Assembly: GCA_964515335.1 (NCBI GenBank)
Contig: CAZETS010000002.1
Span: 42,285 to 106,284 of the forward strand
Origin: an uncultured Spirochaetaceae bacterium
GTDB taxonomy: Bacteria; Myxococcota_A; UBA9160; UBA4427
Direction of reading: 5' to 3'
DNA: 64,000 nt
Of the stretch, positions 47,894 to 61,057 are shown one piece after another. Position numbers and translations under genes: made by a program. How positions within the stretch are numbered: the first letter of the stretch is position 1; each line of letters starts with the position of its first letter. The notes below the pieces were generated by a model that had not been told where the DNA came from, searched no databases, and was given only the letters and a program-made list of their open reading frames with translations.

Positions 47894-49615
47894 TCACGCC
47901 TCGCGATCGCGGAGCGCGCGATTGACGCCCGAGAGCACCGCCCGCAGCGCCGCCACTACCGTGCTCTCGTCGCGCCCGGCCCCGTGCCACGCCCGCCCCC
48001 GCGCATCCACGACCTCCACGTAGGCCATCGCGCTGGCGTCGGCCCCCTGGCCGAGCGCGTGCTCGCGGAAGTCCGACAGCCGCAAACCCGGCTCGAAGGC
48101 CTCGGCGAGCGCGCCGAAGAACGCATCGATGGGGCCGTTACCCGTCCCCTCCACCACGACCTCCTCGGCTCCGCGAGTCACGCCCGCCCTCACCTGCCAG
48201 CGCCCGTTGCCACACGACTCGATCCGGCAACGTTCCGTCACGATTCCCAGCGGCCCGCATTCGGCGAGGTACTCGCGCTCGAACAGCGCGCCGATCGCCT
48301 CCGAACCCACTTCACTGCCGCTCGCCTCCGCGGCCCGCTGCACGACGCGCTGGAACTCGATCTGCATCCGCCGCGGCAGCTGGACGCCGTGGTCCTGCTC
48401 GAGCACCCACGCCACGCCGCCCTTGCCCGACTGGCTGTTCACGCGGATCAGCTCGTCGTAGCTCCGGCCGACGTGGGTCGGATCGAGCGGCAGGTAGGGG
48501 ACCTCCCACACGTCCGAATCGGACGACTCGAGGGCCGCCATGCCCTTGCGGATCGCGTCCTGATGGGAGCCCGAGAACGCCGTGAAGACGAGATCACCCG
48601 CATAGGGGTGCCGCGGATGCACGGGCAGCCCGGTGCATTCCTCGGCCACGCGCACCAGCTCGTTGATGTCGCGCAGGTCGAGCTGCGGATCGACGCCCTG
48701 GGTGAACATGTTGAGCGCCAACGTGATCAGGTCGACGTTGCCGGTCCGCTCACCGTTTCCGAAGAGCGTGCCCTCGACGCGGTCGGCGCCGGCCAGCAAC
48801 GCCAGCTCGGCGGCCGCCACCGCGGTGCCGCGGTCGTTGTGGGGATGCACCGAGAGCACCATGCGGTCGCGCCCGCTGACGTGCCGCGCGAAGTACTCGA
48901 TGCGATCCGCGTACACGTTGGGCGTGGACATCTCCACCGTCGCCGGCAGGTTCACGATCATCTTCGTCTCGGCGGTCGGCTCCCAGATGGCCATCACCGC
49001 TTCGACGATCTCGATCGAGAAGTCGAGTTCCGTGCCCGTGAAGCTCTCCGGCGAGTACTCGTAGACCACCTCCGTGCCGTCGGCCCGCTCGGCGAGCTCC
49101 CGGACCAGCTCGGCGCCACGCCGCGCGATGTCGACGATGCCTGCACGCCCCTGTTGGAAGACCACGCGCCGCTGCAGCTCGGAGGTCGAGTTGTAGAGGT
49201 GCACGATCGCCCGCGGAACGCCACGGAGAGCCTCGAAGGTCGGGCGGATCAGCTCGTCGCGCGCCTGGGTGAGCACCTGCACGGTGACGTCGGCGGGAAT
49301 CGCCCGCTCCTCGACGAGCGCGCGCAGGAACGCCCGCTCGGTCTCGGACGCGCTCGGAAAGCCCACCTCGATTTCGCGCACGCCGATGTCGACGAGGCGA
49401 TCGAAGAGCCTCCGCTTGCGCTCGGGCCCCATCGGCTCGATGAGCGCCTGGTTGCCGTCGCGCAGGTCGACGCTGCACCACGCCGGCGCGCGCTCGATGG
49501 TTCGATCGGGCCAGCGGCGGTCGGCCAGCGCGACGGTCTCGTAGGGGCGATAGCGCCCGGCGCTCGGCGCGGCGCCGCTCGCCGCCGCCTCGGCCTCTCG
49601 TGCTCGAATGGACAT
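47894..49615 (-). CDS. leuA: 2-isopropylmalate synthase (long form with a C-terminal regulatory domain)
   Basis: DLRDGNQAL and a HxH-type metal site (SVHPHNDRG). 573 aa, typical of the long LeuA class. The ATG is preceded by GGAAGGAGA. Confidence 0.9.
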   Translation of the reverse strand: MSIRAREAEAAASGAAPSAGRYRPYETVALADRRWPDRTIERAPAWCSVDLRDGNQALIEPMGPERKRRLFDRLVDIGVREIEVGFPSASETERAFLRALVEERAIPADVTVQVLTQARDELIRPTFEALRGVPRAIVHLYNSTSELQRRVVFQQGRAGIVDIARRGAELVRELAERADGTEVVYEYSPESFTGTELDFSIEIVEAVMAIWEPTAETKMIVNLPATVEMSTPNVYADRIEYFARHVSGRDRMVLSVHPHNDRGTAVAAAELALLAGADRVEGTLFGNGERTGNVDLITLALNMFTQGVDPQLDLRDINELVRVAEECTGLPVHPRHPYAGDLVFTAFSGSHQDAIRKGMAALESSDSDVWEVPYLPLDPTHVGRSYDELIRVNSQSGKGGVAWVLEQDHGVQLPRRMQIEFQRVVQRAAEASGSEVGSEAIGALFEREYLAECGPLGIVTERCRIESCGNGRWQVRAGVTRGAEEVVVEGTGNGPIDAFFGALAEAFEPGLRLSDFREHALGQGADASAMAYVEVVDARGRAWHGAGRDESTVVAALRAVLSGVNRALRDREA

Positions 49616-49704
49616 CTCGTCTCCTTCCTGGGTGGGGCCCGCCCAACGGACCGCCGGAGGAGAACGAGCGAGGGCACCTCCCTCGCGTCGAGTCGGCTCG
49701 CGCT

Positions 49705-49823
49705 GGGGGCCGCCGGAGCGCTCTGCTCGTCCCGGCGGCCCCCGGAAGCACGAAGCCCCCTCCGGCCGGCGCGGCGGGAGAGGGCTTCGTGCTGCTTGCA
49801 GCTGGGCCGATCCTGAGATCGGC
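49705..49823 (-). promoter_or_regulatory. Structured leuA 5' leader with three consecutive GC-rich hairpins
   Basis: In transcript order: a 7-bp hairpin (49806-49823), a 12-bp hairpin (49747-49793), then 3 nt later a 12-bp hairpin (49705-49743). All lie between the candidate leader ORF and the leuA ribosome-binding site. Confidence 0.35.
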
Positions 49824-49845
49824 GCCGTCGAATCCGGGCTTTCGC

Positions 49846-49923
49846 CTAGGCCTCCCCCGCCCCGCTAAGTGCGAGTCCTAGCGGTAGAGCGAGTCGGACG
49901 AGGGCCTGAGCCGGAATCGACAT
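49846..49923 (-). CDS. Candidate leucine-rich leader peptide (25 aa) upstream of leuA
   Basis: Hand translation gives aaggaaaaatcATG TCG ATT CCG GCT CAG GCC CTC GTC CGA CTC GCT CTA CCG CTA GGA CTC GCA CTT AGC GGG GCG GGG GAG GCC TAG, i.e. MSIPAQALVRLALPLGLALSGAGEA. There are six Leu codons, including two CTA and one CTT. An A-rich Shine-Dalgarno sequence precedes the ATG. Confidence 0.3.
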   Translation of the reverse strand: MSIPAQALVRLALPLGLALSGAGEA

Positions 49924-49932
49924 GATTTTTCC

Positions 49933-49961
49933 TTGGTACCCGACCACCGCGGGTGCGTCAA
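49933..49961 (-). promoter_or_regulatory. Promoter candidate for the leuA leader
   Basis: Minus strand TTGACG (49956-49961)-N17-TACCAA (49933-49938), in the 126-nt gap after recG. The -10 is weak, and the implied start site would leave very little leader before the small ORF. Confidence 0.25.
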
Positions 49962-50049
49962 GCGCAGCGCCGGTTCCGGGGGGGATCGGCAGACCCGCAC
50001 CCGGACTTGACGCAACACACGAGTGCAGCGCGGCGCCGGGCCGGAGCCA

Positions 50050-52479
50050 TCAGCCGACGTCGACGAGCGCCAGCCTGTCGCCCCAACGCGCGGCCACCGC
50101 CCGCGCGAGCTCGGGGAGTTCCGCGAGCAGTGGATCGGCCCGCAGCGTCTCGAGTGCGGCCTCGCGGGCCAACGCGACCAGCCGCGCATCCCGCACCAGG
50201 TCGGCGATGCGCAGGTCGGGCAGGTGCCCGCTCTGTCTCGTTCCGAGGAACTCGCCGGGGCCCCGGATCGCGAGGTCGGCATCGGCGATCGCGAACCCGT
50301 CGGTCGTCTCGAGCATCGCGCGCAGCCGTGATTCGGCGTTCTCCCCGCCGCCCCGTGCCACCAGCACGCAGCGTCCGGGCCGCTCGCCCCGCCCCACCCG
50401 CCCGCGCAGCTGGTGGAGCTGGGCCAGACCGAAGCGCTCGGCGTGCTCGACCACCATCAGCGTGGCGTTCGGAACGTCGACGCCGACCTCGATGACCGTC
50501 GTGGAGACCAGGATCTGCACCCCGCCCGCTGCGAACCGGTCCATCACGTCGGCCCGCTCGGCGGCGTCCAGGCGACCGTGGACGACGCCGGTCACGGCCT
50601 GGGGAAAGGCGGCCCGGATGCGCTCCGCGGACTCGAGGGCCGAGCGAAGGTCGACATGCTCGCTCTCCTCGACGAGCGGGTAGACGACGTACACCTGCTC
50701 GCCGCGGCGCAGCGTCGAGCGCACGAGCGAAACGATCCGCTCTCCCTCGCCCTCCCGCACCACCGCGGTCCGCACCGGCTGCCGGCCGGGCGGCAGCTCG
50801 TCGATGACCGACACGTCGAGATCGCCGTAGAGCGTCATCGCCAGGGTCCGCGGAATCGGCGTGGCGGTCATCACGAGGGTGTGGGGATGGCGACCGCCCG
50901 CCCCGCAGCGCGCGAGCGTGGCGCGCTGCTCGACCCCGAAGCGATGCTGCTCGTCGACGATCGCGAGGGCGAGGTTCGCGAAGGCGACCTCGCCCTGGAG
51001 CAGCGCGTGGGTGCCCACCACGAGGTCGAGTGCGCCGCTCGCCAGCCCATCACGCACCGCCGCGTTCTCGGCGGCCGGCCGCGACGCCGTGAGCAGACCG
51101 ATGCGCAGCGCCAGCGCTTCGTCGCCGCCGGCGCAGAGCCGCTCGAGGGTGCGCGCGTGCTGCTCGGCGAGCAGCTCGGTGGGCGCCATCAGGGCGGCCT
51201 GCCGCCCGCTGGCGGCCGCCGCGACCGCGCCGAGCAGAGCCACGACCGTCTTGCCACTGCCGACGTCGCCCTGCAGCAGGCGGTGCATCGGCGAGGAGCC
51301 CCCGAGGTCGGCGCGAAGCTGCGCCCAGGCGCGCTGCTGGGCGGCGGTGAGCGTGAAGGGCAGCGCCCGCTCGGCCGCATCGAGGCGCGGCGCCGATACG
51401 TCGAGCGGGATCCCCGGCAGCGCCGCCTGGGTGCTGCGCCGCCGGCCGAGCCCCACCTCGAGCAAGTACAGCTCCTCGAGGACGAGCCGCTCGTGGGCCT
51501 TCGAGCGGCGGGCGGTGTACTGCTCGGCGTCGGCGTCGGGCTCGGGATCGTGGAGCAGCCGCAAGGCGGACGACGCGCGAGGCAGCCCTCGCTCGCTCAC
51601 CCGGACCGCCGGCAGGTGGCCCACGGCGAGGTCCGCATAGGCGCGCATCGCCCGGCCGATCAACCCGCGCAGCGTGCGGGGGTTGACGCCCTCGGGCGCG
51701 CTGTATCTCGGCACCACGCGGCGAAGCTTCGAAGCATCTGCCGATGGATCGCCGGCCTCGTCGATCCGTTCGATCTCGGGATGCACGATCTCCTTCGAGA
51801 ATCGGTAGCGGCGCACGTCCCCCGTGACGAGCAGCCTCTGCCCCTTGTCGAGTCCCCGCGCCACGGAGTCGGCGCCGTGAAACCACTTGAGGTTGATGGT
51901 GGCGCGCTCGTCCCCCACCACGGCCTGCAGAATGCGGCGCGTGCGGCCGCCGGAGCGACTCGTCACGAAGTCCACCAGCAGCACCTCGGCGATGAAGGTG
52001 GCCCGGTGTCCGACCTCCAGCCCGTCCACGCCGGTGAGTGTTCGCCGATCCTCGTAGCTCGTGGGGAGGTAGAAGAGCAGGTCGCCGACGGTCCGCAGGC
52101 CGCGGCGCGCGAGCGACTCGGCGCGCTTTGGCCCGACGCCGGACAGCACCGAGGTGGGCCGCGCGAGCAAGCCGTCGGCGAACCCCGGCTCACGCAGCGG
52201 CGCCAGCCGGTCGAGCGCCGTCGTGACGGCCCGGAGCGGGCCTTCGGCGGCGAGCTGCTCGGCGAAGTCGGCGGCGAGGCGCTCGAAGAACGCCTTCAGG
52301 TCGTCGGGCAGGCACAGCGCACGCAGCGCCGCGCACGCCCGCTCGACGCTGCGATCCAGGTCTCGCAGGCGCTCGACGTGGGCAAAGTCGTCCCGGGCCG
52401 CGAAGTCCAGCGGCCGAAGCAGCGCCTCCAACCCGGACGCGAAGTCCAGGCCGCGCTCGTCGCCGTCGAGTCGATCCAC
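50050..52479 (-). CDS. recG: ATP-dependent DNA helicase RecG
   Basis: Wedge/OB region, Walker A GDVGSGKT, DEQHRFG, and helicase C motifs (QLHQLRGRVGRG). About 110-aa N-terminal extension. Confidence 0.9.
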   Translation of the reverse strand: MDRLDGDERGLDFASGLEALLRPLDFAARDDFAHVERLRDLDRSVERACAALRALCLPDDLKAFFERLAADFAEQLAAEGPLRAVTTALDRLAPLREPGFADGLLARPTSVLSGVGPKRAESLARRGLRTVGDLLFYLPTSYEDRRTLTGVDGLEVGHRATFIAEVLLVDFVTSRSGGRTRRILQAVVGDERATINLKWFHGADSVARGLDKGQRLLVTGDVRRYRFSKEIVHPEIERIDEAGDPSADASKLRRVVPRYSAPEGVNPRTLRGLIGRAMRAYADLAVGHLPAVRVSERGLPRASSALRLLHDPEPDADAEQYTARRSKAHERLVLEELYLLEVGLGRRRSTQAALPGIPLDVSAPRLDAAERALPFTLTAAQQRAWAQLRADLGGSSPMHRLLQGDVGSGKTVVALLGAVAAAASGRQAALMAPTELLAEQHARTLERLCAGGDEALALRIGLLTASRPAAENAAVRDGLASGALDLVVGTHALLQGEVAFANLALAIVDEQHRFGVEQRATLARCGAGGRHPHTLVMTATPIPRTLAMTLYGDLDVSVIDELPPGRQPVRTAVVREGEGERIVSLVRSTLRRGEQVYVVYPLVEESEHVDLRSALESAERIRAAFPQAVTGVVHGRLDAAERADVMDRFAAGGVQILVSTTVIEVGVDVPNATLMVVEHAERFGLAQLHQLRGRVGRGERPGRCVLVARGGGENAESRLRAMLETTDGFAIADADLAIRGPGEFLGTRQSGHLPDLRIADLVRDARLVALAREAALETLRADPLLAELPELARAVAARWGDRLALVDVG

Positions 52480-52530
52480 CGTCTACCCTGGCCGCCCCGA
52501 AACCGTATTGCGCGGGGAACTCGGGCCAGT

Positions 52531-55749
<3,219 letters not shown>

Positions 55750-55776
55750 GGGGCGGTATCCTCTACGCGCGGGCGC

Positions 55777-57015
55777 TCAGGCGCCGCGGCCTCTCGCCAC
55801 GGCGGCACCCGTCACGGGCTCGCCGGCAACGTGGCGCTCGACCATCTCGCGGAAGCGCCGGAAGAAGTAGGCGGCGTCGTGCGGTCCTGGCGACGCCTCG
55901 GGGTGGTACTGCACGCTGAACAGCGGCTTCTCGCGGTGGGCGAGACCCTCGACGGTGCCGTCGTTCAGGTTGACGTGGGTGACATCGACGGGCTCGCCGG
56001 CCCGGTCGAGCGAGTCCTTGTCGACCGCGTAACCGTGGTTCTCGGCGCAGATGGCCACCTTGCCGGTGGCCAGGTCCTGACCGGGCTGGTTGCCTCCGTG
56101 GTGGCCGAACTTGAGCTTCTTCGTTTCGCCGCCGAGGGACAGCCCGAGGATCTGGTGACCCAGGCAGATGCCGAACAGCGGCTTCTGCCCGGCGAGCTCG
56201 CGCACGTTGTCGCGCACGCCCTCCACCGCGGCGGGGTCCCCCGGGCCGTTCGAGAGGAAGATCGCATCGGGCGCGAGAGCCAGGGCTTCGGCCGCCGGGG
56301 TCGTGGCCGGCACGACCGTCACGCGGAAGCCCTGCTCGACCAGCAGCCGCAGGATGTTGCGCTTCACCCCGAAGTCGTAGGCGACGACGTGAAGCCTCTC
56401 GGCGGGCCGCTCGGCGCGCGGCACCTGGCCGGCGATGCCGCCCCAGCGCCCCTCGCTCCACTCGTAGGCGGCGTCGCAGGTGACCTCGGCGACGAGATCG
56501 CGTCCGTCGAGGCCCGGCGCGCTGCGCGCGCGGGCCACCAGATCGGCCTCGTCCTGTTGCGCAGGGTCGGTGCTGAGCACGCCCACCTGCGCGCCGTGGT
56601 CGCGAATGCGGCGCACCAGCGCCCGGCTGTCGATGCCCGCGATGCCCGGCACGCGGTGCTCGCGCAGGTAGCCGTCGAGCCGCCCCTGTGCGCGGAAGTT
56701 GCTCGGCTCGTCGAGCAGCTCCTTGACGACGAAGCCCGAGAGAAAGGGACGCCGCGACTCCTCGTCCTCGGCGTTCACACCCACGTTGCCGATCTGTGTG
56801 TAGGTCATCGTCACGATCTGCCCCGCGTAGGAGGGATCCGTCACGATCTCCTGGTAACCGGTCATGCTCGTGTTGAAGATGACCTCGCCGCTCGTCACGC
56901 CCTCGGCGCCGAACGCGTGGCCCCGGTACACCGTGCCGTCGGCGAGCGCCAGCCGCGCCGGCCGCCCTCCCAGCCCGGCAGCCGCGCCGAGGCGGCCGCT
57001 TCCATTCCCGCTCAT
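55777..57015 (-). CDS. carA: Carbamoyl-phosphate synthase small (glutaminase) subunit
   Basis: [30 protein letters not shown] and the amidotransferase GICLGHQ motif. The ATG at 57015 overlaps the pyrC stop (ATGA). Confidence 0.9.
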   Translation of the reverse strand: MSGNGSGRLGAAAGLGGRPARLALADGTVYRGHAFGAEGVTSGEVIFNTSMTGYQEIVTDPSYAGQIVTMTYTQIGNVGVNAEDEESRRPFLSGFVVKELLDEPSNFRAQGRLDGYLREHRVPGIAGIDSRALVRRIRDHGAQVGVLSTDPAQQDEADLVARARSAPGLDGRDLVAEVTCDAAYEWSEGRWGGIAGQVPRAERPAERLHVVAYDFGVKRNILRLLVEQGFRVTVVPATTPAAEALALAPDAIFLSNGPGDPAAVEGVRDNVRELAGQKPLFGICLGHQILGLSLGGETKKLKFGHHGGNQPGQDLATGKVAICAENHGYAVDKDSLDRAGEPVDVTHVNLNDGTVEGLAHREKPLFSVQYHPEASPGPHDAAYFFRRFREMVERHVAGEPVTGAAVARGRGA

Positions 57016-58307
57016 TGCATCACCACTCCCCGGCCCGCGCGATACACGAGCCGGCCATCCACGAAGGTCGCCATCACGCGACCGGTGAGCTTCTGTCCTG
57101 CCCACGGCGAGTTGCGGCTCTTCGAGAAGCCGTCCGCCGGATCGTAGGTCCACTGCTCGTCGGGATCGACGACCACCACGTCGGCGAGCGCCCCAGCCGC
57201 CAGGGTGCCGCTCTTCAGATCGAAGATTCGCGCCGGCGAGGTGGAAAGTCGACGCACCAGCTCCAGCGGCGACATCTCGCCACTGCGCACGAGATCGCTC
57301 ACCACCGCAAACGCCGTTTCGAGCCCGATTACGCCACAGGGCGCCGCCGTGTACTCGACGTCCTTCTCGTAGTCGGCATGGGGCGCGTGGTCGGTCGCGA
57401 TGCAGTCGATCACCCCCTCGGCGAGCGCCTCCCGCAGCACCGCCGCATCGCGCCCGCTGCGCAGGGGCGGCGCCATCTTGGTGCTGGTGTCGAAGCTCGC
57501 CACCAGATCGTCGCAGAGGGCGAGGTGGTGGGGCGTGACCTCGGCGGTGACCGACAGCCCCTCCTCCTTGGCCTGCCGGATCAGCTCGACGCTGCCGCCC
57601 GCCGAGACGTGGGCGACGTGCAGGCGCGCACCGGTGAGCCGCGCCAGCCGGATGTCGCGGGCCACCTGGATCTCCTCGGCCTCGACCGGGTTGCCGGGCA
57701 GCCCGAGCCGAGTCGACACGACGCCCTCGTTCATCACGCCGTCGCCCCGCAGTCCCACGTCCTCGGAGTGCACCACGACGGGCGCCCCCACGAGCTTCGA
57801 ATACTCGAGGACGCGACGCATCACCGCCGCGTCCATCACGACCCGGCCGTCGTCGCTGAACGCCACGGCGCCGGCGTCGCGAAGAGCCGCCATCTCGGTC
57901 ATCACCTCGCCCTGGAGCCCGCGGGTGGCGGCTGCGATGGGATGGATGCGGGCCGGCGACTCCTCGGAGGCACGCTCGAGGACGTACTTGGTGACCGACG
58001 GGTCGTCGTTGACGGGGTCGGTGTTGGCCATGCAGGCCACCGAGGTGAAGCCCCCCGCCACGGCGGCGCGGCCGCCCGAGGCGAGGTCCTCCTTGTACTC
58101 CTGACCGGGCTCGCGCAGGTGCACGTGCAGATCGACGAAGCCCGGCGCCACCCACTTGCCGCCGGCTTCGAAGACCTCGCACTCGTCGGCCGGCAGGTCC
58201 GGGCCGACCGCCGAGATCACCCCGTCCTCGACGAGCAGGTCGCCGACGGCGTCGTGGTCGACGGACGGATCGAGGATGCGTCCGCCGCGGATCAGCAACC
58301 GCGCCAT
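57012..58307 (-). CDS. pyrC: Dihydroorotase
   Basis: [10 protein letters not shown] metal motif. 431 aa, and sits in the pyr operon. Confidence 0.9.
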   Translation of the reverse strand: MARLLIRGGRILDPSVDHDAVGDLLVEDGVISAVGPDLPADECEVFEAGGKWVAPGFVDLHVHLREPGQEYKEDLASGGRAAVAGGFTSVACMANTDPVNDDPSVTKYVLERASEESPARIHPIAAATRGLQGEVMTEMAALRDAGAVAFSDDGRVVMDAAVMRRVLEYSKLVGAPVVVHSEDVGLRGDGVMNEGVVSTRLGLPGNPVEAEEIQVARDIRLARLTGARLHVAHVSAGGSVELIRQAKEEGLSVTAEVTPHHLALCDDLVASFDTSTKMAPPLRSGRDAAVLREALAEGVIDCIATDHAPHADYEKDVEYTAAPCGVIGLETAFAVVSDLVRSGEMSPLELVRRLSTSPARIFDLKSGTLAAGALADVVVVDPDEQWTYDPADGFSKSRNSPWAGQKLTGRVMATFVDGRLVYRAGRGVVMQ

Positions 58308-58310
58308 GGC

Positions 58311-59267
58311 CTACAGGTCTCCCGCGGTGTTCGCCGCGCGCCCCGGGGCCACAGCGCTGCGGCCGGCGATCAGGTAGAGCAGCGCCATGCGCAGGGCGAC
58401 GCCGTTGCGCACCTGGTCGAGGATCACGCTGGGCCGGTCGTCGGTCAGCTCGTTCGACAGCTCGACGCCGCGGTTGACCGGACCCGGGTGCATCACGATC
58501 GCGTCGGACTTGGCGAAGCGCAGCTTGGCCCGGTCGATCCCGAAGGTCGCCGAGTACTCGCGCACACTCGGGAAGTAGGCCCCGGTGAGACGCTCGAGCT
58601 GGATGCGCAGCGCCATCACGACGTCGGCGCCGTCGAGGACCTCGCGCAGCGACGTGTACGCCTTCACGCCGAGTGACTCGACGCCCACCGGCAGCATGGT
58701 GGGCGGGCCGGCCACCCGCACCTCGGCGCCGAGCTTCGTGAATCCGTAGATGTTCGAACGGGCCACCCGGCTGTGGGCGATGTCGCCGATGATCGCGACG
58801 GTCAGCCCCTCGAAACGCCCCTTCTCCTGGTAGACGGTCAGCATGTCGAGCAGCGCCTGGGTGGGGTGCTCGTGGGCGCCGTCACCCGCGTTGATGACCG
58901 GCGCCTGCAGGGCGTCGGCGATGCGCTGAGGCACCCCGGCGACGCGGTGGCGCACGATCACGGCGTCCGGGTCCATGGCGTCGAGGGTCTTCGCGGTGTC
59001 GAGCAGGCTCTCGGCCTTGCTCAGGCTCGAGGATCCCGACGAGAAGTTGACGACGTCGGCGGCGAGCCGCTTGCCCGCGATTTCGAAGCTCGTCTGGGTG
59101 CGCGTCGAGGGCTCGAAGAAGAGGTTCACGACGGTGCGGCCGCGCAGTGTCGGCACCTTCTTGACGTCGCGCTCCCCGATCTCCTGCATACGCTCGGCGG
59201 TCTCGAGGATCAGCTCGATGTTCTCGCGCTCGAGCGAGTCGATGCCCAGCAGGTCCTGTCCGATCAT
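58311..59267 (-). CDS. pyrB: Aspartate carbamoyltransferase catalytic subunit
   Basis: [21 protein letters not shown] and HPGP motifs. A 4-nt overlap links it to pyrR. Confidence 0.9.
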   Translation of the reverse strand: MIGQDLLGIDSLERENIELILETAERMQEIGERDVKKVPTLRGRTVVNLFFEPSTRTQTSFEIAGKRLAADVVNFSSGSSSLSKAESLLDTAKTLDAMDPDAVIVRHRVAGVPQRIADALQAPVINAGDGAHEHPTQALLDMLTVYQEKGRFEGLTVAIIGDIAHSRVARSNIYGFTKLGAEVRVAGPPTMLPVGVESLGVKAYTSLREVLDGADVVMALRIQLERLTGAYFPSVREYSATFGIDRAKLRFAKSDAIVMHPGPVNRGVELSNELTDDRPSVILDQVRNGVALRMALLYLIAGRSAVAPGRAANTAGDL

Positions 59268-60058
59268 GCGCGCCCCCCCGACTCGAAGCCCGGCTCGCCC
59301 CCGCCTTCCGGCAGGACCGACTCGACCACGACCTCGAGCATGCTCTCGTCACCGTCATCGCTCACGACGGACACGTCACCCTGGGCGTCGAGCCCCTCCC
59401 CGCCTGCGATCCGCAACTGCACGGTCTCGCCGGGCCGGGTCGGGATGTTCTTGCCGACGAAGTCGATCTTGATCGGCAGCTCGCGGTGCCCGCGGTCCAC
59501 CAGCGCCACCACCTTGACACCCCGCGGCCTGCCGAAATCCATCAGCGCATCCATCGCCGCCCGGATGGTGCGGCCGGTATTCACGACGTCCTCGACGAGC
59601 ACCACCACGCGATCGTCCACCGAAGACGGCATCTCGGTGCGCCGCAGCCGCGGCCGGGTGCCCCGGTGCGCCAGGTCGTCGCGGTAGAGGGTCGTGTCGA
59701 GGATGCCCATCGGCGTGGCGGCCCCAGCGAGCTCCGCCAGGTTGCTCACCAGGATCCGGGCGAGGGGCACGCCGCCGTTGGGAATCGCGACGAGATAGAG
59801 CTGCTCCGGGTCGATGCTCGACTCGACGATCTCGTGCGCGATGCGCATCAGCGCGCGGCGGATGCGGACGTCGTCGAGCACCACCCGATCGCCGCCGCCC
59901 TGCACGTCCGTGCCGTTCGAAGCACCGGAGTCGCGCAGCGGACCGGCGGAAGCACCTCCGCGCCGGCCTCGATCCCGCTGATCGGGAGAGGCTCGCTCCG
60001 GGGAGGCCACGGATTCGCCCGGCTCGCCGGCCGGGCTCGGGGGGACGTCGTTCGCCAC
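59264..60058 (-). CDS. pyrR: Bifunctional pyrimidine operon regulator/uracil phosphoribosyltransferase PyrR, with low-complexity N- and C-terminal extensions
   Basis: PRPP loop [13 protein letters not shown] and GGVPLA. GTG start at 60058, placed just after the PyrR-binding hairpin and AAAGG. Confidence 0.85.
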   Translation of the reverse strand: MANDVPPSPAGEPGESVASPERASPDQRDRGRRGGASAGPLRDSGASNGTDVQGGGDRVVLDDVRIRRALMRIAHEIVESSIDPEQLYLVAIPNGGVPLARILVSNLAELAGAATPMGILDTTLYRDDLAHRGTRPRLRRTEMPSSVDDRVVVLVEDVVNTGRTIRAAMDALMDFGRPRGVKVVALVDRGHRELPIKIDFVGKNIPTRPGETVQLRIAGGEGLDAQGDVSVVSDDGDESMLEVVVESVLPEGGGEPGFESGGRA

Positions 60059-60065
60059 GTTCGCA

Positions 60066-60095
60066 CCTTTGCTCGCCTCTCAGGACGAGCTTAAA
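60066..60095 (-). promoter_or_regulatory. PyrR-binding RNA hairpin (pyr leader element)
   Basis: The minus-strand RNA reads UUUUAA GCUCG UCCUGAGAGG CGAGC AAAGG UG CGAAC GUG. That is a 5-bp stem presenting the conserved UCC(A/U)GAGAGG loop, followed by AAGG. It matches the PyrR binding-loop consensus as I recall it. Confidence 0.65.
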
Positions 60096-60114
60096 AGGGC
60101 TTTGATCGGCCGGG

Positions 60115-60142
60115 AGTCTATCGCCTGCGGGTCCGCCGTCAA
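60115..60142 (-). promoter_or_regulatory. Promoter candidate for the pyr operon
   Basis: Minus strand TTGACG (60137-60142)-N16-TAGACT (60115-60120). It predicts a ~50-nt leader containing the PyrR hairpin. Confidence 0.4.
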
Positions 60143-60175
60143 TCTAGCCGGGGCGATCCGGCCGGACGGGCCCGC

Positions 60176-61057
60176 TCAGGACTCGGGCGCGGGACCGGGG
60201 GCGTCGCAGCGCACCCGCCGGAAGACGCGGTCCCAGCGCTTGTCGGCGGTGAACCAGTTGACCGGGTTGAAGAACTGCAAGGCGTTGCCGTTCACGCTCC
60301 ACGACCAGTAGAGGATGAAGGCCGGCCCCTTCATCTCCTCCAGGCGCACAGTGCCCCACTTGCGGCTGTCGTTCGAGTAGTCGCGGTTGTCGCCCATCAT
60401 GAAGTAGCGCCCTTCGGGCACCACGAAATCCGCCACCTGGAGGCCGGAGAAGGCCGGGTCGTCGAGCACCTCGTGGGTGCAGCCTTCGAGGGCCTCGCTC
60501 CGCACCTCCAGCACCCTGCCGAGCTCGTCCCGGTGCTGAGAACCCGTGGCGAGCTGCTCGGCGGGCACCCCGTTCACCGTCACACGGCCCTGCTCGACCG
60601 TGATGCGGTCGCCGGGCAGCCCCACGATGCGCTTGACGAAGTCGTCCTTCGGCAGCCCCGGCTCGAGGTCGGCGGGCACGATCCGCTCGCTGCGCGGATC
60701 GACGACGCGGGCCACCTCGAAGACCACGACGTCGCCGCGCTGGGGCTCCCTCAGGCCGGGCAGCCGCCACCCGGTAAAGGGTATGCGCGCGCCGTAGACG
60801 AACTTGTTGACGAACAGGTGGTCCCCGATCAGCAGGGTCGGCAGCATGGATCCCGAAGGGATCCGGAACGGCTCGATCACGAAGGCCCGGATCGTGAGTG
60901 CGATCGCGACCGCGAGCACGAGCGTGCCCACCTGGTCCCAGATCCGCCGCAACGCCGAGCGCTCGTCGGCCCCCTCGGCGCCGTCCCCCGACGCCACCGG
61001 ACCGGACCCGCCGCGCCCGCCGCCGCCCCGCTCGGGCTTGCGACCCGACACGCTCAC
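60176..61057 (-). CDS. lepB: Signal peptidase I
   Basis: SGSMLPTL serine box, [21 protein letters not shown]. The GTG start overlaps the lepA stop (GTGA). Confidence 0.85.
   Translation of the reverse strand: MSVSGRKPERGGGGRGGSGPVASGDGAEGADERSALRRIWDQVGTLVLAVAIALTIRAFVIEPFRIPSGSMLPTLLIGDHLFVNKFVYGARIPFTGWRLPGLREPQRGDVVVFEVARVVDPRSERIVPADLEPGLPKDDFVKRIVGLPGDRITVEQGRVTVNGVPAEQLATGSQHRDELGRVLEVRSEALEGCTHEVLDDPAFSGLQVADFVVPEGRYFMMGDNRDYSNDSRKWGTVRLEEMKGPAFILYWSWSVNGNALQFFNPVNWFTADKRWDRVFRRVRCDAPGPAPES

Noticed and set aside
55777-58182. An 801-aa ORF that would fuse carA to a long N-terminal extension.
   Set aside because: The extension overlaps pyrC out of frame and is low complexity. The canonical CarA N-terminus begins at the ATG at 57015, which overlaps the pyrC stop as ATGA.
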